Source of the DNA: Bacilli bacterium
Lineage (GTDB): Bacteria > Bacillota_I > Bacilli_A > RF39 > UBA660
Assembly: GCA_028709545.1 (NCBI GenBank)
Contig: JAQVWT010000001.1
Location: 658 to 64,657 of the forward strand
DNA length: 64,000 nucleotides
Direction of reading: 5' to 3'
Made by a program: the position numbers and the translations under genes. Below the pieces are notes generated by a model. The model was not told where the DNA came from, searched no databases, and saw only the letters and a list, made by a program, of their open reading frames with translations. This document shows, in pieces, positions 28,162 to 38,069 of this stretch. Positions within the stretch are counted from its first letter, which is position 1, and the number at the start of each line of letters is the position of its first letter.

Positions 28162-30218
28162 TTTTTGACAAAGATACACCTCTTAATTTAAATGAGTTTC
28201 AAAATAACGGTTTAGGATTTTTAAGTGATTTTATTACTTCTCCATTAATAACAGAAGAATTGAATAGTAAAGGATTATTCACAGGAATATATAAATTAGA
28301 ATTTAGTTATTCTAAAGATGGTAAAAACGCAGAATTTTTAAAAGAATTAAATTTTATAAAAGTTCCTATTGATTCAACTTTTCAAATTTTTTTTATTGAG
28401 AGTATAAAAATAACTTTAAAAAGAATTGATGTATATGCTAAACATATATTTTTTATTACAAAAAATGGATTTTTAGAAGATTCTCGGCCAACAAACGAAA
28501 ATGCAACAACAGCATTAACTAATATATTAGAAGATACACAATTTGCTAATACTTTTAGCGCATATTCTGATAGTGGTGTTGAGTCGACAGCTTATTATAT
28601 TAGAAAAAATTTAATAGAAGCTATAATCACAGGAGATAATTCTATTCTAAAAAATTGGAATTGTGATTTAGAGTTAGATAATTTTACAATTAAATTGCTA
28701 TCTAATAGAGGTTCTAATACAAACTTTGAAATCGAATATGGAAAAAATCTTGTTGGGATAGAATATTCTGTTGATTTTAGTGATGTGGCAACAAGAATAT
28801 ATCCTCAAGGTGCAAATGAGTTGTTAATTGCAGAAAAGTATATTGAAAGTGAGTTAATAGATAATTATCCTTTTATTTTTATTAAACACATCGTTTTTGA
28901 TGATGTAGAAGTAAATGAAGAAGTGTCTCAAGAACAAGCTGAACTTATTTTAAGAAGTAAAGTTCATGAATTATATTATAACGGAATTGATAAACCCAAA
29001 ATTAATATAAAAATTAATTGGCTAGATCTATCAAAAACAAAAGAATTTGAAGAATACTCACACTTTGAAGAAGTCAAATTAGGGGATATAATTAATGTAA
29101 GATTTCAGAATATGCTCATAACTGCTAGAATAATTAAAACGGTCTATGATTATAATCAACAAAAATTTATTGCTTTTGAATTAGGGAGCATCAAAGCTGA
29201 TTTATTAAAAAATCAACAACAAATTATTCGCCAAGAAATAAGAAGCACCGTCAATATTGAAAGTGTATTAAAAAAAGCGCAAGCAAACGCTACAAGTTTA
29301 ATAACAAATGCTCTTGGAGGTTTTGTTTTAAAAACAGAAAACGAATTATTTATAATGGATACAGATGATCCTAATACAGCAACAAGAGTATGGAGATGGA
29401 ATTTAAATGGCCTTGGCTATTCTTCCGATGGCATAAACGGTAATTATGAATTAGCTATGACTATGGACGGTCAAATAGTAGCTAATTTTGTAAATGCTGG
29501 AGTATTAGAAGGAGCATTAATTAAGGCGGGTTCTGTTACTGTAGACAAATTTGCGAGCAATGTTTTAACTTATGGTGGAACAAATCTCATTAAAAATTCA
29601 GTCGGACACTCCAAAGCCAACTGGGAAAATAAGCACGACGGCTTTACTAATACAGATATTCAAAACAATACCGTATCAGGTCATTGTTTTTTTATTGGTA
29701 ACAAATCAAGTAATCAAGTTATTCAGGTGCAAAATGGTACTTATACTATCGGGTTTAAATATAAAAAACTGCTTGAACTAGCAGAAGTAAAAATCAAAGT
29801 AAACGACCATGAAATTGAACTTACTGAAACGGACTGGACTACAGGAAATTACACGTTTGAAGTGTTATCAAATACTATTACAGTTGAGTTAATCGGGGAT
29901 AACGATAACTCCTGCTATGTATCAGACTTAATGGGCAATCAAGGAATAGTAGCTCATGTATGGTCATCAGCGAGTGGCGAATCTATTAACGGTGGGGTCA
30001 AAATTGGCTCATCGATTGAGATAGAATCATCTGTAAGTAATATTAAGCAGATAATGGATAACGACGGAAATAGAATAAAAAATATCTCAACAGATGAAAC
30101 AGTAGCAGAGTTTACCGATAAGGGTATGAACTCTAAAGAAATAAAAAGTGATAAAGCCGAGATAGCTAGAGTCGTAATACAAAATGTAGGCAACTCAACA
30201 TGGCTGACGAGGATATAG
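28146..30218 (+). CDS. tail-associated lysin / baseplate hub (Tal)
   Basis: 690 aa after Dit; N-terminal region typical of Tal-type prophage tail proteins. Confidence 0.55.
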   Translation: MLFMLIFDKDTPLNLNEFQNNGLGFLSDFITSPLITEELNSKGLFTGIYKLEFSYSKDGKNAEFLKELNFIKVPIDSTFQIFFIESIKITLKRIDVYAKHIFFITKNGFLEDSRPTNENATTALTNILEDTQFANTFSAYSDSGVESTAYYIRKNLIEAIITGDNSILKNWNCDLELDNFTIKLLSNRGSNTNFEIEYGKNLVGIEYSVDFSDVATRIYPQGANELLIAEKYIESELIDNYPFIFIKHIVFDDVEVNEEVSQEQAELILRSKVHELYYNGIDKPKINIKINWLDLSKTKEFEEYSHFEEVKLGDIINVRFQNMLITARIIKTVYDYNQQKFIAFELGSIKADLLKNQQQIIRQEIRSTVNIESVLKKAQANATSLITNALGGFVLKTENELFIMDTDDPNTATRVWRWNLNGLGYSSDGINGNYELAMTMDGQIVANFVNAGVLEGALIKAGSVTVDKFASNVLTYGGTNLIKNSVGHSKANWENKHDGFTNTDIQNNTVSGHCFFIGNKSSNQVIQVQNGTYTIGFKYKKLLELAEVKIKVNDHEIELTETDWTTGNYTFEVLSNTITVELIGDNDNSCYVSDLMGNQGIVAHVWSSASGESINGGVKIGSSIEIESSVSNIKQIMDNDGNRIKNISTDETVAEFTDKGMNSKEIKSDKAEIARVVIQNVGNSTWLTRI

Positions 30219-30230
30219 GAGGTGGAATAA

Positions 30231-32183
30231 ATGCATTTAGTATCTTGGGACAGTTATTATTTAACAAGTGGGAGTGCAACGCCGCATAGCGATGGAGATA
30301 TAAAAGGCGAAATAAGAGTTTATCTTATTAGCCAAAGCACGGCTAATAATACATCTTATTTAAGATTAGATCATTATATACATTTAGGAAATTATAATCA
30401 CCCAGGGGCGTCTTACCACGATGTTGTGTCAAGATATCGTGCTTGTGGTACATCCTGCACAACATATCAAAGTAAATCAATCGCACTACCTGATAAAGTT
30501 ACTGGGTGGGTATTCTTGGGGAGTACATATCACACAGTCGGACACGACTCGTCTGGCGGTGGGAGTTTTACTGTTAATGGCACAATTGCATGTAAGAGAT
30601 CTCGATACAACACAGAAAATATATCGAGAGCAACAAATTTTTATGTTCCAATTCCTACAATACCTAGATATACATCTATCACGACGTACACCAGAACGAA
30701 TATTACTTTAAACTCGTTTAGAGTTAACTGGGCTAGTGCTAATACAGTCGATAGAGTTGAGTACAGAATTAATAGCGGTGCATGGACATTAGGACAGTCT
30801 GGAGATAGAACGAGCGGTAATTTTACAATTACAGGAAGAAATCCCGGAACGACTTATAATATCCAAATTAGAGTACGTAGAAAAGATAGTCAGTTATGGA
30901 CAGAAAGTGCTAACCCATCTGTAACAACGCTAAATATTGCAACATTAAATTCAGTACCTAATAACATTGACTTTGAAAAACCTTTTACAGTTACTTTCAC
31001 AAGAAATGGTGCTAGTAATACTAGTTTTGGTATATTTAACACAGCTGGCAGTATAGATTTTGCTCCATATAGAATAGTAACAGGAACATCTTACACTGTT
31101 GAATTAACTGAAGAGGAAATAAACGCATTATTTAATGATATGAGTACTGTCAACAGTAAAACTTATAGGATTTACCTAAATACTAACGATAATAATTATA
31201 GAGTATTTGCAAACAGAACATTTAATGTTGTTAATGCAAACCCAATATTCAGCAACTTTGAATATGAAGATATAAACCCATTAACTTTAGATTTAACTGG
31301 AAATAATCAAACTATTATAAAAGGTTACTCTAACCTAAAAGCGACTATAACATCGGCAAATAAAATGGAAGCTATAAAAGGTGCGAATCCTAAAGAGTAT
31401 CAATTAGTAGTTGGATCTAAACAAATAAAAAAGAATTATCACGCAAGCAACAATGTAGATTTAACATTAAATGCTATTGATAATAACGTGTTTATTGTTT
31501 ACGCAATCGACAGCCGTGGGAACTCAACCCAAAAACAGATAAGTCCAGCTAATTATATTAATTATATTAAACCGACAATTAATGAACTAATCGTAAATCG
31601 GCAAAATAACATAAGTACTCTAACTAATTTAAGTTTTAGTGGTACTTTTTTTAATGCGAGTTTTGGAGCGGCGGCAAACACTTTGACGGCGACCTACGAA
31701 TACCGCAACACCAAAGATAGTAATTGGACAGTTGGAGCAACAGCCTTACCATTAACTATAAATGGCAATAACTTTAACTTTAGTGGGCTTGTAGCCGGTA
31801 ATTTAAACGCAGAAGGATTTATTATCAAAGATAGCTTTGAGGTCAGAGTTAAAATTAACGATAAATTAGTGCAAGAAACAAGAGCAGAAATATTGCTTAG
31901 TGCTAAGCCAAATCTAGACTTACATAAAGACGGAACATCGATTAATAATCCGTTTGATGAGACTCTAGGAAATGGCGTGCAGTTTAACGGCGATGGAATT
32001 TGGTATAACGGAATAAAGCTTTTTGGTTGGTCCGGAGCTATGCCGATGAGTATGCAAAGTGAGACTGAAGAACTAAAAGAAATTGAAACGACTGAAACTG
32101 AAGAACTAGAAGAAGTTGTGGAATTAAAAGAAAGTGAGGAAAAAGAAGATGAAAGTATTGACATCAATACAGAAAATTTTTAA
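30231..32183 (+). CDS. tail fibre / receptor-binding protein with FN3-like domain and acidic C-terminal tail
   Basis: RVNWASANTVDRVEYRINSGAWT...TTYNIQIRVRRKD is FN3-like; N/T-rich β-repeat body; C-terminal ETEELKEIETTETEELEE. Confidence 0.5.
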   Translation: MHLVSWDSYYLTSGSATPHSDGDIKGEIRVYLISQSTANNTSYLRLDHYIHLGNYNHPGASYHDVVSRYRACGTSCTTYQSKSIALPDKVTGWVFLGSTYHTVGHDSSGGGSFTVNGTIACKRSRYNTENISRATNFYVPIPTIPRYTSITTYTRTNITLNSFRVNWASANTVDRVEYRINSGAWTLGQSGDRTSGNFTITGRNPGTTYNIQIRVRRKDSQLWTESANPSVTTLNIATLNSVPNNIDFEKPFTVTFTRNGASNTSFGIFNTAGSIDFAPYRIVTGTSYTVELTEEEINALFNDMSTVNSKTYRIYLNTNDNNYRVFANRTFNVVNANPIFSNFEYEDINPLTLDLTGNNQTIIKGYSNLKATITSANKMEAIKGANPKEYQLVVGSKQIKKNYHASNNVDLTLNAIDNNVFIVYAIDSRGNSTQKQISPANYINYIKPTINELIVNRQNNISTLTNLSFSGTFFNASFGAAANTLTATYEYRNTKDSNWTVGATALPLTINGNNFNFSGLVAGNLNAEGFIIKDSFEVRVKINDKLVQETRAEILLSAKPNLDLHKDGTSINNPFDETLGNGVQFNGDGIWYNGIKLFGWSGAMPMSMQSETEELKEIETTETEELEEVVELKESEEKEDESIDINTENF

Positions 32184-32186
32184 TCT

Positions 32187-32258
<72 letters not shown>

Positions 32259-32329
32259 GGAAGGGGGCAGTTATTTACTAATTGCTCCCTTAGAGGAGAG
32301 GGGGATAGGTATTTAATATCTATTCCCAG

Positions 32330-32707
32330 ATGTTTATGCTAGAACTTGGTGAAGAATTTAAAGATTTTTTAAAAAGCGAAATATTAGGCAGTTCAATAAA
32401 ATCAATAACTGAAAAAGGATTGTCTATTGGTTCGAACGGTTCGTATCAAATCCCTAGTTTCCCTAATATGAATAAAATTTTATATATGGAATTATTTCTA
32501 TACACTGAAGGTCATCCGACAACAGGTTCAGGTAATTTTATATATCCTGGGTCTGGATATAATTATTTAGTGGCGTCTAGTAATCTTACTGGAACTTTTA
32601 AAGGAATATATGCACAAGTAAGTTCAGAAGGTTTGATATTTGTGTCAAATTACAGACACGGTGGTGTTAATGTAATTGGATATAGAATTGTATATTTAGA
32701 TTTATAA
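32330..32707 (+). CDS. small tail-fibre-associated protein (paralog of 33166..33612)
   Basis: N-termini MLELGEEFKDFLKSEI and MLKIGEEFKEIIEKII are alike. Confidence 0.35.
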   Translation: MFMLELGEEFKDFLKSEILGSSIKSITEKGLSIGSNGSYQIPSFPNMNKILYMELFLYTEGHPTTGSGNFIYPGSGYNYLVASSNLTGTFKGIYAQVSSEGLIFVSNYRHGGVNVIGYRIVYLDL

Positions 32708-32746
32708 AAAAAGCATAAACAAAAATAGATATTAATACCGAATTAT

Positions 32747-33151
32747 ATGTTAAAACCAAGTGCAAGATTATTTCCGATAGGATATATAATTTCAGTAGAC
32801 GCACCTAATTTTGACCCTCACGATTTTTATTTAGATGGGAATTGGGAACGAGTGAAAGGTAGAGTTATTGTTGGAGTTGATGAAGGACAAACTGAGTTTA
32901 ATACGACAGGTAAAACTGGTGGTAGTAAGTATTTTCAAAAACATAGTCATAATCTAAATTTCAGATATGGTACTGACCCAGCTAGTTCAAATTGGGAAAC
33001 TGCATATTATGGTAATGTTTTAACTGGTTCGGCACAATCTCCTCGTGGAGACACGCCAAATTCAATATTAGAAACTGGAATCGGCGATAGCGGGAACTTA
33101 CCACCTTATCACACAGCCTATGTTTGGAAATTAATATCATATAGCAATTAG
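32747..33151 (+). CDS. putative tail-collar-type fibre protein (HxH motif)
   Basis: TGKTGGSKYFQKHSHNL resembles the phage tail-collar metal-binding HxH segment; preceded by aattatATGttaaaa, as is the 33166 gene. Confidence 0.3.
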   Translation: MLKPSARLFPIGYIISVDAPNFDPHDFYLDGNWERVKGRVIVGVDEGQTEFNTTGKTGGSKYFQKHSHNLNFRYGTDPASSNWETAYYGNVLTGSAQSPRGDTPNSILETGIGDSGNLPPYHTAYVWKLISYSN

Positions 33152-33165
33152 TAAATAGCAATTAT

Positions 33166-33612
33166 ATGTTAAAAATAGGAGAAGAATTTAAAGAAATAAT
33201 AGAAAAAATAATTGATACTTCCGCTATTATGGTTAAGTTAGGTGCTAATACTACAATAAACATTACAACTGCGTGGGACCAATATTCCATTCCGTTTGAT
33301 ACTATTATGTCTAATCTAGGAGATAAATTTACACTAAACAGCGATGGTAGTATTAGTTATAGTGGGAATAAAAACTTAAAGGTTGAGGTTAATATTTTGG
33401 TAGGTGATTTTGGAAATCATTCACAAGTATATCCAACTAGTAGTTTTAATACATATTATCAAGACTATGCTAATTCAAGTCGCCAAGTAGCAAAACATTC
33501 ATGTATAGGTAAATCCAATTTAATTAGAGGAATCATTCGAACTAATGGAACTGGCAATTTAATGTTATACGGCGGCAATACTTATTGCTACATGATTGTG
33601 GAAGAGATTTAA
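33166..33612 (+). CDS. small tail-fibre-associated protein (paralog of 32330..32707)
   Basis: See the 32330 entry. Confidence 0.35.
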   Translation: MLKIGEEFKEIIEKIIDTSAIMVKLGANTTINITTAWDQYSIPFDTIMSNLGDKFTLNSDGSISYSGNKNLKVEVNILVGDFGNHSQVYPTSSFNTYYQDYANSSRQVAKHSCIGKSNLIRGIIRTNGTGNLMLYGGNTYCYMIVEEI

Positions 33613-33640
33613 GGAAAAAGAAATAGAAAGGATAAACTAG

Positions 33641-33940
33641 ATGATAGAAATATATAAATGGGCGATACCAGTTATCATGACAGCGATGACTGGTTTTATT
33701 ATTAAACAATTTAGTGATAGTAGGGCAATTAAAAATGCAATGATAGCATTGTTGCGAAGTCAAATAGTATCAATGTGCGAAATGTATCAAAGCATTGGAA
33801 CACTACCGGACCATGCTAGATATACATTAACAGAGTTAAGTAATAACTATACAACTCTAGGGGCTAATCATGGGATCGAATTATTGGTAAAAGCTACTTT
33901 GAGCTTGCCTATTGAATGTAAAAATAGAAAGGAAAATTGA
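33641..33940 (+). CDS. holin-associated membrane protein (BhlA/XhlA-like?)
   Basis: Single N-terminal TM (WAIPVIMTAMTGFII); immediately upstream of the holin and endolysin. Confidence 0.3.
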   Translation: MIEIYKWAIPVIMTAMTGFIIKQFSDSRAIKNAMIALLRSQIVSMCEMYQSIGTLPDHARYTLTELSNNYTTLGANHGIELLVKATLSLPIECKNRKEN

Positions 33941-34149
33941 AAATGAAAGATAAAACAAAAGACATTATTGTAAGAGCATTAAAAACCTTTATACAAGGCT
34001 TTTTAGGAGCTTTAGCAATAACACTACCTAATACTGATTACAGCGACTTAAACATAGTTAAATCGTTATTAATCGGTGCGGTTGCAGGTGGTATTAGTGC
34101 AGTTATGAATTTAGCAATTAATTATTTAAATAAAAAGAAAGAGGTGTAA
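33937..34149 (+). CDS. holin
   Basis: 70 aa, two TM helices, charged C-terminus KKKEV; start overlaps the previous stop; followed directly by the endolysin. Confidence 0.5.
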   Translation: MKMKDKTKDIIVRALKTFIQGFLGALAITLPNTDYSDLNIVKSLLIGAVAGGISAVMNLAINYLNKKKEV

Positions 34150-34151
34150 GA

Positions 34152-34859
34152 ATGATTAAAACATATTCACTAAAAAAAGACGGAAATATTAGTTTGTCGG
34201 CACACTTTAAAATAAGGGAATTTGCTTGTAAAGATGGATCAGATAAAATACTTATAGACACTGATTTAATTCCTATGATCGAGAAATTAAGACAAAAATT
34301 AGGAGCTAGTGCCTTTATAATTTATAGCGGTTATCGTACTCCGGCTCATGATAAAAAAGTTGGTGGAGGAGGATCTGGACCACATACGCAAGGTTATGCT
34401 GTAGACTGTTATCTTTTAGATAAAAAGAAAAAGAAAATAGATGCCCAAAAAATATGCGCAGTAGCAGGAGACTTGGGTTTTAAAGGGATTGGTTATATTA
34501 ATAAGGTAAATCTACATTTGGACACCAAACCTCGTCATTGGTGGGGTGATGAGACTGTAACCACTTCATACGGCATAGAAAAGATAAATGGTAGTAAAGA
34601 TTTTTATGAATATTTTAATATTAAAAAAGAATCAGATCCTATAGACGCTAAAAAATATATCCAAATTAAAGCAAAAGGTGGCGTATGGGCTTGGAGCGGT
34701 ATCGGTTTTAAGACTAAAAAACAAATGGTAATACCTAATGGATCTAAATGTGAATTAATTACTAAAAATGTTGGTAAAGCAAATGGATATAATTGGGATA
34801 AGATTATATATAAAAATAAAACCTTATATCTTGCAAATAATTGGAATAAATACTTATAA
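34152..34859 (+). CDS. endolysin, peptidase M15 (VanY / L-Ala-D-Glu peptidase-like)
   Basis: HFKIREFACKDG...SGYRTPAHDKKVGGGGSGPHTQGYAVD...LHLD: Zn-binding H..D...H pattern of M15 peptidases. Confidence 0.6.
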   Translation: MIKTYSLKKDGNISLSAHFKIREFACKDGSDKILIDTDLIPMIEKLRQKLGASAFIIYSGYRTPAHDKKVGGGGSGPHTQGYAVDCYLLDKKKKKIDAQKICAVAGDLGFKGIGYINKVNLHLDTKPRHWWGDETVTTSYGIEKINGSKDFYEYFNIKKESDPIDAKKYIQIKAKGGVWAWSGIGFKTKKQMVIPNGSKCELITKNVGKANGYNWDKIIYKNKTLYLANNWNKYL

Positions 34860-34949
34860 GTAATAGCGACTAACCTTAACTGGTTAGTTCTTTTTTTGTG
34901 TAAGAAATGTTATTACATACATAATATATTAAAGGAGGATAATACAAAA

Positions 34950-35465
34950 TTGATAAATAAGTTTGCAAAAAGTATTAAACATGTTTATAATATAATCAAT
35001 AGAGGTTGTGATAAAAAAATGAAAGCTATAGATATTGCAAATTGGTTTTTAAGTATGAATAATTATATGCAAAATATAACTGATACTGAATATATAACTA
35101 ATATGAAACTACAAAAATTATTATATTATGCTCAAGGATTACATTTATCTAAGTATAGTAAACCATTATTTAAAGAAAAAATATTGGCATGGGAACATGG
35201 ACCAGTAGTTAGAGAAGTATATGATATATTTAAGTCATATGGCGGTGATGGTATTACATACACTGGAACGCAAGTTGAGTTGTCGCAAGACACAGAATTT
35301 CTTTTAGAAAAAGTCTATGAACTATATGGACAATATTCTGCATGGAAATTAAGAAATATGACTCATTCAGAAAAACCTTGGCAAACCACACCAAGAAATG
35401 TTGAAATAAAAAAAGAATTAATAAAAGATTATTTTAATGAAACAAAACTGTGCGAATTGCAATAA
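34950..35465 (+). CDS. Panacea-domain (DUF4065, SocA/PanA-like) protein, putative antitoxin
   Basis: MKLQKLLYYAQGLHLSKYSKPLFKEKILAWEHGPVVREVYDIFKSYG fits the DUF4065 core; start moved to the TTG 11 nt after RBS AAAGGAGG (track start 34896). Confidence 0.5.
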   Translation: MINKFAKSIKHVYNIINRGCDKKMKAIDIANWFLSMNNYMQNITDTEYITNMKLQKLLYYAQGLHLSKYSKPLFKEKILAWEHGPVVREVYDIFKSYGGDGITYTGTQVELSQDTEFLLEKVYELYGQYSAWKLRNMTHSEKPWQTTPRNVEIKKELIKDYFNETKLCELQ

Positions 35466-35868
35466 AAACAATTTATCAAGTATTAATTCTCAACTAGGAA
35501 TTAGATATGATTCTCCGATTTTTTCTTTTCAACATTTAGTATCAAATAATAAATATAATTTTAGTGGGCTACCTTCGAATGAGTTCCAAAATTTCTGTCG
35601 ACTACTTATTGAAAAAATATATAGTTTAGAAAAAAATTATACAATTAAAAGTTTATTTAATTTGAGAAAGCCAAATTTTTTTGAAAGTTTTCCTATTGAT
35701 AGATTATATTTTAAACCTAAAACGTTAATTTATTCTAAAGATACTAAAGTTTATGTTTTTAGAGTTACATCCAGTTATAGGATGATATGTATGTACTCTG
35801 ATGTTGCACCAATATTCCATGTGATAGGATTTGATTTTGGATTTAATGCTTATGACCATGGAGATTAG
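35437..35868 (+). CDS. putative RelE/YoeB-fold toxin partner
   Basis: C-terminal KVYVFRVTSSYRMICMYSDVAPIFHVIGFD resembles the YoeB/RelE segment (R.T..YR.VY ... H); overlaps the Panacea gene by 29 nt. Confidence 0.35.
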   Translation: MKQNCANCNKNNLSSINSQLGIRYDSPIFSFQHLVSNNKYNFSGLPSNEFQNFCRLLIEKIYSLEKNYTIKSLFNLRKPNFFESFPIDRLYFKPKTLIYSKDTKVYVFRVTSSYRMICMYSDVAPIFHVIGFDFGFNAYDHGD

Positions 35869-35905
35869 ATAAAATCATAAAATATAATTGTTGTTAAATG
35901 CTTTG

Positions 35906-35937
35906 AATTCTTGTGCGTAGACAACAAGTAGACAACA
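35906..35937 (+). repeat. 32-bp arm-type direct repeat (right copy)
   Basis: Identical to 5366..5397. Confidence 0.7.
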
Positions 35938-35972
35938 CAGCCCAGTTATATTCATAATCGAGGCTTATTATT

Positions 35973-36026
35973 TTTGACTTTTAATCAAAGGGTCGCGCGT
36001 TCGAGTCGCGCACAGGACACCATTTA
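35973..36026 (+). repeat. attR core (partial tRNA-Lys 3' copy)
   Basis: Identical to 5215..5268; no tRNA 5' half upstream. Confidence 0.85.
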
Positions 36027-36072
36027 TTAATTAAGGAGCTTTGCTCTTTTTTTCTAAAAACAGTCTAAAGTG

Positions 36073-36102
36073 TTGACTATAAAAGAAAATTCATGTTATA
36101 AT
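36073..36102 (+). promoter_or_regulatory. promoter of the downstream tRNA cluster (TTGACT-N18-TGtTATAAT)
   Basis: Consensus hexamers with extended -10 TG, read directly. Confidence 0.5.
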
Positions 36103-36127
36103 CTATTTGTTCCCAAAGGGAACATAT

Positions 36128-36220
36128 GGAGGAATACCCAAGTCTGGTTGAAGGGATCGGTCTTGAAAACCGACAGGTCGGGCAACCGGCGCAGGGGTTC
36201 GAATCCCTTTTCCTCCGCCA
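36128..36220 (+). tRNA. tRNA-Ser(TGA)
   Basis: Acceptor ggaggaa/ttcctcc; anticodon loop ctTGAaa; long variable arm; CCA. Confidence 0.85.
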
Positions 36221-36230
36221 AAATTTTTAT

Positions 36231-36307
<77 letters not shown>

Positions 36308-36312
36308 TTTTT

Positions 36313-36389
36313 GGTCCGTTAGTCTAGAGGCCTATGATGCCTGCCTGTCACGCAGGAGATCACGAGTTCGAATCTCGTACGGACCGCCA
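36313..36389 (+). tRNA. tRNA-Asp(GTC)
   Basis: Acceptor ggtccgt/acggacc; anticodon loop ctGTCac; CCA. Confidence 0.85.
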
Positions 36390-36392
36390 AAT

Positions 36393-36468
<76 letters not shown>

Positions 36469-36507
36469 TTTGATAATTATACAATAAATTTGTAAAGGTG
36501 TAGTATA

Positions 36508-36774
36508 ATGAAAAAAATAACTCACTCTTTTATGGAAAGAGTTCAAAGTCCTCATTTGGAATTAATTAATTTTAGTCTTTTAGACTCAAATAAATTTTTA
36601 TACACAACAATGATTACTGAAAAGTTTTGGTTAGATAGTTCTTTCCGACTAGATGTAAAGAGAAAAATTAAAAATGATGTTATTTTTAGGAAAAAATTCA
36701 TTGAATATTTTCCGGAATTATATCAAGAGATATCAAATAATCTAGAAACAAAACAAAATCACTTAAGCAAATAA
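36508..36774 (+). CDS. hypothetical protein
   Basis: ORF track. Confidence 0.3.
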   Translation: MKKITHSFMERVQSPHLELINFSLLDSNKFLYTTMITEKFWLDSSFRLDVKRKIKNDVIFRKKFIEYFPELYQEISNNLETKQNHLSK

Positions 36775-37188
36775 GTGATTTTTATATTTTAATTTATACG
36801 GAGTTATTAATAAGCATAATTCATCTTCTAATATAAAAGATTGATTATATGTATTGTTTTTATCTTTTTTAAAAGGATCAATATCAGATGCTATATTAAA
36901 AACTATTTCTTTTTGGTTAGAAGTATTTAATATTACTTTTGAAATGTCTTTTTTATTAAAAATTTTATTAATTATATTCTGATTATATACCTCATTTATG
37001 GTTTTTTTAACTTTTAAAGTAAAAAAATTAGCATATAATATATTAGTATCAAATAATTTTTCATAGGGAATTTCATTAGCAAAATTATTGATATTTGATA
37101 TATAGAAGTTAGTAAAAAATGATTCTTCTAAGACTATATTTTCCCCGTCATCAAATATTAGATTAATTTCCTTAATTTCGCAATTCAT
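36763..37188 (-). CDS. hypothetical protein
   Basis: ORF track. Confidence 0.3.
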   Translation of the reverse strand: MNCEIKEINLIFDDGENIVLEESFFTNFYISNINNFANEIPYEKLFDTNILYANFFTLKVKKTINEVYNQNIINKIFNKKDISKVILNTSNQKEIVFNIASDIDPFKKDKNNTYNQSFILEDELCLLITPYKLKYKNHLFA

Positions 37189-37311
37189 ATTTTCACCTTA
37201 AAGTTAGTATAACATGAAAAAGAAATTTTGTAAAAAAGAGGGTTAGGGCTTTATTTCTATAAAAAATGTGTTATACTATATTAGTAATTTCGTTATAAAT
37301 GCGATTTTTGA

Positions 37312-37388
37312 GCGCCCATAGCTCAATTGGATAGAGCGTTAGACTACGGATCTAAAGGTTGGGGGTTCGACTCCCTCTGGGCGTACCA
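37312..37388 (+). tRNA. tRNA-Arg(ACG)
   Basis: Anticodon loop ctACGga; T-arm ggttcgactcc; CCA. Confidence 0.8.
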
Positions 37389-37394
37389 TTTTAT

Positions 37395-37471
37395 CGAGAA
37401 GTAGCACAATTTGGCAGTGCACTTGGTTTGGGACCAAGGGGTTGCAGGTTCAAATCCTGTCTTCTCGACCA
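37395..37471 (+). tRNA. tRNA-Pro(TGG)
   Basis: Acceptor cgagaag/cttctcg; anticodon loop ttTGGga; CCA. Confidence 0.8.
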
Positions 37472-37480
37472 TTGACTATT

Positions 37481-37506
37481 AACCCTTTTAAGTAAAGGGT
37501 TTTTAT
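37481..37506 (+). terminator. rho-independent terminator after the tRNA-Arg/Pro pair
   Basis: aacccttt-taagt-aaagggtt hairpin followed by TTTT. Confidence 0.55.
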
Positions 37507-37511
37507 ATATC

Positions 37512-38069
37512 TTACACTTCAGACTTAAGAAAATCTATACAAACAGCTGTAATAATAATCTGCTTAGATTTATCTTCTTGATCACAAGTAGTTAAAATTA
37601 AAATATTATTAAAAACATTTTTATTAATACTTATTTCCCCTGTCTTATTTTGTCTTTCTATATTAATAATTTTATAATTAAAAATATAGTTATTATAATT
37701 TATATATATTAAATCATCTTTTTCTAATAAATATAAATCTTTAAAAAAAGATACTTTACTATTACCCGAATGTGCTGCTAATATTAATAAACCTTTTTCT
37801 TGATTTGGCATTATAGATGGGTATAATATCTCAATTGATTTATTAACGTTATTATCTAGGCTATCATAAGTAGATAAACTTTTATCTAATGAAATTTTTG
37901 GGATTTTAATTTTAGCATAAAAAGTTTTGGTTTTAATTATTTGAGTATTTATTATTTCTTGGTGCTTATAAGTAAAAGCTTGTTTATTTTTAGCGATGTT
38001 GCTAGAAGTATTTAATAATAGTAAAAAAAAGATAATAAATATTTTATACTTTTCTTTTTTTCTTGTCAT
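37512..38069 (-). CDS. sortase-family transpeptidase
   Basis: N-terminal TM; LILAAHSG (His) and ILILTTCDQ (TLxTC catalytic Cys motif). Confidence 0.55.
   Translation of the reverse strand: MTRKKEKYKIFIIFFLLLLNTSSNIAKNKQAFTYKHQEIINTQIIKTKTFYAKIKIPKISLDKSLSTYDSLDNNVNKSIEILYPSIMPNQEKGLLILAAHSGNSKVSFFKDLYLLEKDDLIYINYNNYIFNYKIINIERQNKTGEISINKNVFNNILILTTCDQEDKSKQIIITAVCIDFLKSEV

Noticed and set aside
30421-30711. 96-aa plus-strand ORF inside the RBP gene
   Set aside because: It is an alternative frame of 30231..32183 with an unusual composition. It is likewise spurious, as are 27813..28091, 29572..29781, 29954..30193, 31694..32167 and 33542..33763.
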